Made by a program: the position numbers and the translations under genes
Shown: positions 8,593-17,500 of the stretch, in pieces
Numbering within the stretch: the first letter of the stretch is position 1
Layout of the letters: each line of letters opens with the position of its first letter
Assembly (NCBI GenBank): GCA_947626095.1
Contig: CANQQV010000020.1
Span: 1 to 27,395 of the forward strand
Direction of reading: 5' to 3'
Source: an uncultured Bacilli bacterium
Lineage (GTDB): Bacteria; Bacillota_I; Bacilli_A; RF39; UBA660
DNA: 27,395 bases
The notes under the pieces: generated by a model
Database searches by the model: none
What the model was told of the DNA's origin: nothing
What the model saw: the letters and a program-made list of their open reading frames with translations, nothing else

Positions 8593-8667
8593 ACTTTAAA
8601 TTTAAAACTTAAAACGAGCAACCTATTTTAACTAGAATAAATAAAAAAAGAACTCTAGTTTGACTAG
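8593..8667 (-). promoter_or_regulatory. Promoter with two palindromic operator boxes
   Basis: -35 TTGCTC (8616-8621), 17 bp, -10 TAAAGT (8593-8598). Boxes CTATTTTAACTAG (8623-8635) and CTAGTTTGACTAG (8655-8667). Confidence 0.7.
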
Positions 8668-8672
8668 AATTC
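8643..8672 (-). terminator. Intrinsic terminator of polA-CDF-mutM
   Basis: GAATTCTAG-TCAAA-CTAGAGTTC then T7, immediately after the mutM stop. Confidence 0.75.
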
Positions 8673-9491
8673 CTATTTTTGACAATTTTCACAGTAATAA
8701 GTACTACGACCACCAACAACGATTCTTTTAATTGTAGTACCACAATTTTTACAGGTTTCCCCTTCTCTTTTATGAACCATTAAGTTTTGTTGAAAACGAC
8801 CTGTAACACCAAGTGATGAAGTATAACTGCGAATAGTTGTACCACCACATTTAATGGCTTCTTCAATTATGGCTTTAGATGAGGTAACGATTTTAGCACA
8901 TTCATCCATTGTAATATCAATACCTAATTTTTCGGGATAAATACCTGAGGCGAATAACACTTCATCAGCATAAATATTACCTAGACCAGATATAATTGTT
9001 TGATCAAGTAATAAACTTTTCATTGGTAATTTCTTTTTATGAAATTTTTCATATAAGTACTCTTTAGTTAGTTTAGGATCAATTGGTTCTATACCTTGTT
9101 TATGAACTCCCTCAACTGTTTCTAAGTTTTCTTTTAAGACTAAGTTCATACGACCAAATTTTCTTGTATCATGATATCTTAAATCAGTACCATCTTCAAA
9201 TTCAAAGATAACATGTTCATGTTTATTTATTTCTTCGTTATGGTCTTTAATAAAGTATTTTCCTTCCATACGTAAATGACTACATAAATAGTATGGACCA
9301 ATATCAAAGATTAACCATTTGCCTCTTCTTAAGATATCACTAAATTCTAAACCAATTAAATTATTTTTAAATTCGTTTAAATCAGATTCAATTATACGAT
9401 CATATAAGACATTAACGTTTTTTATTTTTTTTCTTAGAATTCTTTTTCGTAACGTTTGTCTTACTGTTTCGACTTCGGCTATTTCTGGCAT
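8673..9491 (-). CDS. mutM: Formamidopyrimidine-DNA glycosylase/AP lyase
   Basis: MPEIAEVE N-terminus, RRGKWL, HLRMEG, DTRKFG, GLGNIYADE (H2TH), C-terminal CxxC...GRSTYYCxxCQ zinc finger. Confidence 0.97.
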   Translation of the reverse strand: MPEIAEVETVRQTLRKRILRKKIKNVNVLYDRIIESDLNEFKNNLIGLEFSDILRRGKWLIFDIGPYYLCSHLRMEGKYFIKDHNEEINKHEHVIFEFEDGTDLRYHDTRKFGRMNLVLKENLETVEGVHKQGIEPIDPKLTKEYLYEKFHKKKLPMKSLLLDQTIISGLGNIYADEVLFASGIYPEKLGIDITMDECAKIVTSSKAIIEEAIKCGGTTIRSYTSSLGVTGRFQQNLMVHKREGETCKNCGTTIKRIVVGGRSTYYCENCQK

Positions 9492-10317
9492 CGGCTTTTT
9501 TACTCCTTACTTTGGCTTTTCTTATAACAGTCTTTTTAACTAAGTTAACTCTTACCATATCACTTATTTTTAGTAAGTAATCTTGAATACTTAAGACTAA
9601 GGTATTAACATCAATCATGCTAACACCTTCTTTTAAAATAATATTTAGGTGCGCATAATTAAGACCACCATAAGAATTTATTTCTAATTTTTCCACACTT
9701 TTTATTTCTTTATTTTTTTCGATTTCCGTAATATAAGTATTAAGATTTAGATTATTTTTTTCTTCAAGATATTTAAAACTATTAACAATGACTTTAATTC
9801 CTTTATAGATAACAAATAAAGAAATAATAATCATACCTAGAATATCACCATATTTGAAGATTTTTACCCATTTACTTAGTTTAGTTAAGATTAAGGCACC
9901 AAGCGTAATACCATAAGTGACAAAGTCAATAGTACTATGTACCTTACCTATTAGTAATAAACCTTCTCTTTTTTGATAACTCATATTAGTATTAAAACAT
10001 GAAGTAATATATCTAGTTATAGCAATTAAGAAAACAAATAAGATAATAAACCAACTAGTAGTTTTAATATCACTTGTTACACCATAATAGATTAAGAATA
10101 AACTTGATAAGATAATGATAATACCAATAATAGAACTAATTATACCTTTATATTTTTTATTTTCACTTTTCTTATAAAGAAATAAACTGATAAGGATAAC
10201 AGATATTTCTAATAACATGCTGGATAACATAGTTAGGGAATGACATAATATACCCCCAACTAATTTGATTAGCATTAAGATTAAATCAACAATTATTATT
10301 TTTTTAACATCTTTCAT
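9412..10317 (-). CDS. Divergent cation diffusion facilitator (FieF-like) transporter
   Basis: Six TM segments, IKLVGG in TM1, HSTID in TM5, DILGMIIISLFVIYKG in TM6, C-terminal dimerisation-type domain. Overlaps mutM by 80 nt. Confidence 0.7.
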   Translation of the reverse strand: MKDVKKIIIVDLILMLIKLVGGILCHSLTMLSSMLLEISVILISLFLYKKSENKKYKGIISSIIGIIIILSSLFLIYYGVTSDIKTTSWFIILFVFLIAITRYITSCFNTNMSYQKREGLLLIGKVHSTIDFVTYGITLGALILTKLSKWVKIFKYGDILGMIIISLFVIYKGIKVIVNSFKYLEEKNNLNLNTYITEIEKNKEIKSVEKLEINSYGGLNYAHLNIILKEGVSMIDVNTLVLSIQDYLLKISDMVRVNLVKKTVIRKAKVRSKKADARNSRSRNSKTNVTKKNSKKKNKKR

Positions 10318-10329
10318 AAATAAACTCCC

Positions 10330-12894
10330 TTACTTAGCTTCGTACCAATCAGTACCATAGTCACTACTAACTTTGAATGGTACATCTAGTTTAACACAAG
10401 TTTCCATATTTCGTTTAACTAATTCTTCTAAGACTTCTTTTTCTTCATTAACAACATCAAAGATTAGTTCATCATGAACTTGTAATAACATTTTAGATTT
10501 TAGTTTTTTATCTTGCATTTCTTTAAAGATTTTAACCATGGCTATTTTCATGATATCAGCAGATGTACCTTGGATTGGCGTATTAAGAGCAATACGTTCG
10601 CCACTTTGTCTAATCATATAATTTTTGTTATTTAGTTCATCAATAACTCTTTTACGATTAAATAAAGTTTTAACATAACCATCTTTATAAGCTTGGACAA
10701 CAATATCATCCATATATTTTTTAACCCCAGGATATAGTTCATAGTATTTATTAATAAATTCTTTAGCTTCTTTAGCACTTATTTCTAAGTTTTCGCCTAA
10801 ACCAAAGCCACTGATACCATAAACGATACCAAAGATAACGGCTTTAGCGGTTTTTCTTTGACTTTTAGTTACTTCTTCAAGTGGAATACCATACATATCA
10901 GCAGCTACTCTGGTATGAATATCTTCGTCATTAATGAAGGCTTGTTGAAGTTCTTTTGAACCACTAACGTGAGCTAATACTCTTAATTCCATTTGAGAAT
11001 AGTCAGCACTTAGGAATAAATCGTTAACTGGTAAGAAGGCTTTTCTAATTTTTCGGCCCTCTTCATCACGAGCTGGAATATTTTGTAAGTTAGGTTCAAC
11101 AGATGATAATCTACCAGTTCTAGTTAAGTTTTGTTTATAGATAGTATGAATTTTACCATCTTCTTTGATAAAGTTAGTTAAACCTTCTAAGTAGGTACTT
11201 TTTAATTTGGTTAAAGCACGATAATCTAAGATTTTTTGAATAATTGGATGGTAACTTACTAATTTATTTAAAATGCTAACATCAGTCTTATAACCACTTG
11301 GAATTTTTTTAGCAAATGGTAGTTTTAACTTTTCAAAAAGGATAACACCTAATTGTTTTGGACTACCAACATTAAAGTCTTCTCCAGCATCTTCTTTGAT
11401 TTCTTTTTCTAATTCGTTTATACGATCTTCCATCTCTTCATTCATCTTATTTAAGATGTTGGCATCGACTTTTACACCATCATATTCCATATTAGCTAAG
11501 ACTGTAATTAATGGCATTTCAATTGTTTCATATAATTCTAACATTTCTTCTTGTTTTAAAGAAGCTAAATACTCATCTTTTACATCATAGATAAAACGAG
11601 CTTTAGCAACAATATCTTTTTTATCGAAACCATTTTTTAAACTTTGAGAATAGAAAGTTATTTGAGAACCTTTACTATTCATTAAATAAGCAATATCATC
11701 TTTGGTATTTATATTAAGTAAATAAGCAGCAATCATGATATCGGAAGTAACATTAAGTTCGTAACCTTCTTTTTTTAGTAAAACAAAGTTTTTCTTTTGA
11801 TCATAAGTTGTAATTTTTTTACTGGATAAGATGTTAATAACTTCGTCTAAGATAACATTACTAATAAAATAATTGTTTTTTTGATCACAAACAGCTAAAC
11901 CAATGATATTACCATTGTGATAGTTTTCAGCATCACATTCAATGTATAAAGCAATATCATCATCTAAATCTTTTAAATCATCTTTACTAATAACATTTTT
12001 AAACTTTATTTCATTTTCGACTGGTTTAGAATCTTCAACATTCTTTTTAATTAAAGAAAAGAATTCTAAGTCTTCATAAATATTATTTAATCTGACAAAG
12101 TCTGGGCCATTATAGATTATTTCGTCTAGTTTAACATTAAGTGGAACATCACGGTAGATAGTAGCTATTTCTTTACTTATAAAGGCACTTTCTTTATCAT
12201 CTAGTAATTTTTCTTTCATCTTACCTTTTATATCGTCAATATGGTCATAAATATCTTCGATAGTATCATAGGTCTTTAATAAGTTAATAGCAGTTTTATC
12301 ACCTATACCTTTAACACCTGGTATATTATCGGATGAGTCACCAGCTAAAGCTTTGTAATCGATAATTCTAATTGGTTCAAAGCCCCAATCTTCTTTAAAA
12401 GTTTGAGGGTTATATCTAATATAGTCTTTTTGTTTTAATAATTTGACATCGACAACATTACTAATTAGTTGTAATAAGTCTTTGTCTGAAGAAATAATGG
12501 TCGCATCATATTCAGGATCTTCTTCGCACATTTTAGCAAAAGTACCAATGATATCATCGGCTTCATATGGTTCTAATTCAAAGTATGGAATACCCATAGC
12601 TTTTAGGATGTCTCTTGCAATCGGCATTTGCATTTTTAGTTCATCAGGAGTTGCTGCTCGGCCATCTTTATAAGTCTCATATTTTTGTTTACGAAAGTTT
12701 TTACCAATATCAAAAGCAACAGCAATATATTCTGGTTTTTCTTCATGAATTATTTTATTCATCATTTGGCAAAAGCCAAATAAGGCGTTAGTTGGGAAGC
12801 CTTTACTATTTTTCATAACATTACCAGTATATGCTGTAGCATAATAACTTCTAAACATTAAGTTATTACCATCGACTAAGATTACTTTCTTCAT
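10330..12894 (-). CDS. polA: DNA polymerase I
   Basis: 5'-3' exonuclease motifs (VDGN, EADD, GDSSDNIPGV) and polymerase motifs TGRLSS.EPNLQNIP, ADYSQMELR, AKAVIFGIVYG, QVHDEL. Start ATG 12894. Confidence 0.99.
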   Translation of the reverse strand: MKKVILVDGNNLMFRSYYATAYTGNVMKNSKGFPTNALFGFCQMMNKIIHEEKPEYIAVAFDIGKNFRKQKYETYKDGRAATPDELKMQMPIARDILKAMGIPYFELEPYEADDIIGTFAKMCEEDPEYDATIISSDKDLLQLISNVVDVKLLKQKDYIRYNPQTFKEDWGFEPIRIIDYKALAGDSSDNIPGVKGIGDKTAINLLKTYDTIEDIYDHIDDIKGKMKEKLLDDKESAFISKEIATIYRDVPLNVKLDEIIYNGPDFVRLNNIYEDLEFFSLIKKNVEDSKPVENEIKFKNVISKDDLKDLDDDIALYIECDAENYHNGNIIGLAVCDQKNNYFISNVILDEVINILSSKKITTYDQKKNFVLLKKEGYELNVTSDIMIAAYLLNINTKDDIAYLMNSKGSQITFYSQSLKNGFDKKDIVAKARFIYDVKDEYLASLKQEEMLELYETIEMPLITVLANMEYDGVKVDANILNKMNEEMEDRINELEKEIKEDAGEDFNVGSPKQLGVILFEKLKLPFAKKIPSGYKTDVSILNKLVSYHPIIQKILDYRALTKLKSTYLEGLTNFIKEDGKIHTIYKQNLTRTGRLSSVEPNLQNIPARDEEGRKIRKAFLPVNDLFLSADYSQMELRVLAHVSGSKELQQAFINDEDIHTRVAADMYGIPLEEVTKSQRKTAKAVIFGIVYGISGFGLGENLEISAKEAKEFINKYYELYPGVKKYMDDIVVQAYKDGYVKTLFNRKRVIDELNNKNYMIRQSGERIALNTPIQGTSADIMKIAMVKIFKEMQDKKLKSKMLLQVHDELIFDVVNEEKEVLEELVKRNMETCVKLDVPFKVSSDYGTDWYEAK

Positions 12895-12992
12895 TAATAT
12901 CACCTGTTTATTATTATACCAAAAATCTCTTATCTTTTCGTAAAATAATTGATTTTTTAATTAAAAAAACTATCTTTAAAAAAGATAATTTT

Positions 12993-13667
12993 TCATTTTT
13001 GACAATTTCTAATAAATTCTTTAAATAAATTATTATATTGAGGTAAGATTTCGGGATGAAATTGAACTCCGACAATAAAGTTATCATCACCGGTATACTC
13101 TATTCCTTCGATTAAACCATCACTTGATTTAATACTAACTTTAAACATTTTACCTACTTCAGTAATAGTATGATGGTGAACGCTATTTACTTCAATTTCT
13201 TCTTGGTTAAATATTTGATATAACTTGGAATCTTTAGCAATATAATCTTTATGGGCTAACGAAGTATTGTTATCACGTAATAGTTCAATGGGCCAATGAT
13301 CTTGGTTAGTATCAATTTTTTTAATAATGCGTTTTTCTTTATCTAAATTAACTGAATACATAGCTAAAGTTTGCATACCTAGACAAATACCTAAAATTGG
13401 TTTTTTATGTTTGACAAAGTAATCAATTACTTCAAAGTTAGTTTTAAGAACTCTATCGCCACCTGGTAAGATTAAACCATCACACATATCTAGAGACTCA
13501 GTTATTACTTTGTCATCATAGTAAGGTATTAGTAAAGGAATCGCCCCATTATCATAAATCTTTTTAATATAGTTATTTCCATAACGGTAAGTATCTTTAA
13601 AGGTATCATTTGTTAGCATATAATTACTTGTAGCTAAAATACCAATAATTGGTTTTGTCTTTTTCAT
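12993..13667 (-). CDS. Class I glutamine amidotransferase-like hydrolase (peptidase C26, PuuD-like)
   Basis: KPIIGI, DGLILPGG, nucleophile elbow GICLGMQ, VNSVHH, QFHPE (His-Glu). Confidence 0.92.
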   Translation of the reverse strand: MKKTKPIIGILATSNYMLTNDTFKDTYRYGNNYIKKIYDNGAIPLLIPYYDDKVITESLDMCDGLILPGGDRVLKTNFEVIDYFVKHKKPILGICLGMQTLAMYSVNLDKEKRIIKKIDTNQDHWPIELLRDNNTSLAHKDYIAKDSKLYQIFNQEEIEVNSVHHHTITEVGKMFKVSIKSSDGLIEGIEYTGDDNFIVGVQFHPEILPQYNNLFKEFIRNCQK

Positions 13668-13760
13668 ATTTAGCACTCCTAAATTAAGTATAGCATAAAA
13701 AAGATAGATTATTTTTTTATTATATGATATTATTTATAGTAGGAAAGAGGTTAAAAAGTA

Positions 13761-14555
13761 ATGAAAAAATTTGACGTAAAAAAATTATTAGTTTTTATTT
13801 TGATTATCGCGGTATTAGTTGTTATTGCTGTATTAGCTATTAAAACTGTTAAAAAAGACAAAGTTAAACCAGAAGAACAAAAAGCAGCTGAAGAAATAGT
13901 AACAACATACTTCCAAAATATTTCAAGAGGTTATTCAACAATATATGGTGGACTTGATGTTTTATATTCACATGATAAAGTTACTTCTGAAGATTTAAAT
14001 GAACAAGAAATTGTTTTAACTGCTACTTCTTATTTAGATGATCACGATGTTATTTATACAATTGGTGCTGAAGCAATGGAAGGTCTTGAAAAATCAAAGT
14101 TATATGGTAACTTAAATCTATATAGTATTTATAGTGGTTCTAGTGTTAGACAAACAATTAAAGATTTATTTGGCATAGAACAAATAAATGCTGTTCCTTC
14201 TTCAAGTAATTATTTATATGATATTTACTATGATAATACATATGATTGTTATTTAATTAAGAGAAATGATGCAGAAGATTTAAGAGACGATAATGCTAGT
14301 ATGGATTATTCAATTATTAGTACAGAAAGTAAAGATGGTAAACTTGAAGTTGTTGTAGCTGTTGCTTATGTATATAATGATGAAGGCAATATAACATATA
14401 TGAAAGATCCTAATGGTAAACAAGTTGTTGTTGATAAATTAGAAAAGAAAGAATTCCCTAAAGATAAGATTGATGAATTCGATAAGTATAAATTTACGTT
14501 AAAAGTAACAGAAGATAATAAATACACATTTGAAAGTATGGAAAAATTAAAATAA
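13761..14555 (+). CDS. N-terminally anchored extracytoplasmic hypothetical protein
   Basis: Single N-terminal TM helix, Tyr/Asp-rich soluble domain. RBS AGAGGT. Terminator directly after the stop. Confidence 0.75.
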   Translation: MKKFDVKKLLVFILIIAVLVVIAVLAIKTVKKDKVKPEEQKAAEEIVTTYFQNISRGYSTIYGGLDVLYSHDKVTSEDLNEQEIVLTATSYLDDHDVIYTIGAEAMEGLEKSKLYGNLNLYSIYSGSSVRQTIKDLFGIEQINAVPSSSNYLYDIYYDNTYDCYLIKRNDAEDLRDDNASMDYSIISTESKDGKLEVVVAVAYVYNDEGNITYMKDPNGKQVVVDKLEKKEFPKDKIDEFDKYKFTLKVTEDNKYTFESMEKLK

Positions 14556-14575
14556 GGCTTAGCCTTATTTTTTTT
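14549..14575. terminator. Bidirectional terminator (hypothetical gene / polC)
   Basis: AAAATAAGGC-TTA-GCCTTATTTT followed by further T. Confidence 0.8.
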
Positions 14576-14594
14576 GGCAATAAAAAAGAATCAG

Positions 14595-17500
14595 TTAAAA
14601 TAAACTTAACTGATTACTTTCAGATAGATTATCTAAACAACCTAAGGCTTTTAGTTTTTCCATAGAACTAGTATTTACTTTACCTCTATCTCTTAAATCT
14701 TCCATAGAGATAAATGGTCCCCCTTCTCTGGCTTTAACAATGGCATCTGCGACGTTATCACCAAGGCCATCTAAGGCTCTAAATGGAATTATTAAACCTT
14801 TTTCATCTTCAGTGATGACAAATTTTTTACCATCACTTTTATCAACATCGATGTTTTTAAAGTAGAAACCTCTTAAGCACATTTCTAAGCAGATACATAA
14901 TGTTTCTCTAGTATCTATTTCTTTGTTACTAGCACTATTACCTTTGGCATCAATTTCATCGATTTTATTTCTAATGGCATCAGCACCTTTAATCATTGAT
15001 TCAATATCAAATTGATCACGTCTTATAGAAAGATAAGCACAGTAATACCATAATGGATGATGAACTTTAAACCAAGCGATTCTAAAGGCCGAGGTTACGT
15101 AAGCTGTTGCATGGGCTTTAGGGAACATGTATTTAATTTTACGACATGATTCGATATACCATTCAGGTATGTTAGCTTCACGCATAGCTGCAGCATGTTC
15201 AGCCCAAGTAGTTGGATCTTTAGAAGCTTTACCTTTACGTACGAATTCCATTATTTTAAAGGCTTTAGCTGGTTTCATTCCCCATGCAATTAAGTTAACC
15301 ATAATATCGTCACGACAACCGATGACGTTTTTAAATGGAACTTCGATAATACCTTCAGCATTAGGTGTACATAAATCACGAGCGTTACCTAACCATACGT
15401 CAGTACCATGAGATAAACCAGATATTTTTATCAGTTCGGCAAATGTTGTCGGTTTAGTTTCTTCAAGCATTCCTAGTAAGAATGAAGTACCAAACTCAGG
15501 AACACCTAAGGTACCAGTTGGACAATATTTACGACCATCTTTATCAACTAAACCTCTTAATTGGTATCTGTCAACGCCAAGAATTTCAGGGCCAGTAAAG
15601 ATTTTCATTGTATCTAAGTCACCTAAATCAATTTTAGTAACATCAATACCAGATATATCTTGAAGCATTCTTAATACGGTTGGATCATCGTGACCTAGTA
15701 TATCTAGTTTTAATAGGTCGGCATCAATAGCATGGTAATCAAAGTGAGTTGTACGCCATGCACTATTTGGATCATCAGCAGGATATTGGAAAGGCGTAAA
15801 ATCCCATACATCTTTATAACCAGGAACAACAACGATACCACCTGGATGTTGGCCAGTTGTTCTTTTAACACCGGTACAACCAACACTTATACGTTCTACT
15901 TCTGGTGTTCTAACAAAGGATTTGATAATACCCTTTTTCTTTAATTCATCTTTACTAGTAATTGGCATATTATAACTATCAGCTTCTATTTTTAAAGTAT
16001 TATATAAACTTTCTTCAAAGAAACCTTGAACATAACCATAAGCTGTCTTATCAGCAACAGTGCCAATTGTTCCAGCACGATAAACGTTATCAGTACCAAA
16101 TAGAACTTTAGTATATTCATGAGCTGAGGCTTGGTTATCACCAGAGAAGTTTAAGTCGATATCTGGTACTTTATCAGCATTAAATCCTAGGAATGTAGCA
16201 AATGGCATGTCATTACCTTCATGGATCATATCAGCGCCACATTCAGGACATTTTTTAGCTGGTAAGTCAAAACCTGATGGATAATCATCAACATAAGCTT
16301 TACCATTTTCATCTTTAAATTCAGAATGACAACACTTTGGACAGTAGTAATGAGCTGGAAGCCCATTACATTCAGTAATACCCATCATACTAGCAACGAA
16401 TGAGGAACCAACTGAACCACGGGAACCAACTAAGTACCCATCATCATTTGAGTGTTTAACTAATTTTTGCGCGATTAAGTAAATAACGTCGAAACCACCA
16501 CCGATGATACCACCTAAGGAAGCTTTAGCATTTTCGGTAGCTTCTTCATCAGTTAATTCAGTTTCAGCTTCTCTTTTTAATTTATCACTCATTAATTTAA
16601 CGACCCCATCGTATCCACTCATAATAACATTATGAACTTCAGATGAGAAAATATTATCTTTTTCTTCATCACTCATCTCTGGGTGCTCTAAAGCAATCTT
16701 TTCCGTTACTAAGCCCATTATTTTATCACCATAAAATTCTTGGGCGATACGTTCTTCAATGTTTCTTGGCAATGGATCACCATACATACTATGAGCTTTT
16801 GCAAAAACCATATCACGACATGTTTCTTGAGAATGTTCAATAATTGGAGAATATGGTTTATCAGGATATACGACTACTTCAATTTCTTCTAACATATCAA
16901 TTATTTTATTAGGATTAGTAATAACAATTTCTTTAATAAGGGCAGGATCATCTAAGAAAGCAAATTCATCTAACATTTCTTTAGTAGTTCTAAAGTATTG
17001 ATTAGGTATATGACCACTTAAAGCTGTTTCAGAATCATTATAATTATATTTTAAATCGTATACTTCATCTTTTTCTTTAATAATACCAGCTACCATTAAT
17101 TTTCTTAAAGCAGCTGAAACAGCTTTTAATTTTTCTGTTTCACTATCACGACCTTTGAAGGCATCTTCTTCAGGAATATTTTTAGAAGGAGAATAGATAG
17201 CGGCAAGATTAAGAGCAGTAATAGGAATTTTATTAATTTTCTTTAAGATATAAATGTATTTTAATACTTTTTCTTCTACTGAATTTAGTTCAACGCCTTG
17301 TTCACGACATTTGGTAATCGCATTTTTTAGATTATCATCATTATTATTTCGTTTAGCACTACCAGATAAGTAACGAGCTAAAGGATGTCTTCCTTTACCA
17401 GGAACATTTTGGTTAACAATTATTTCACGATATAAACGATCTTCTTTATTAATGTTATGAACATCACCAGTAGCCACAATTAATTTACCAGCTTCTTTAG

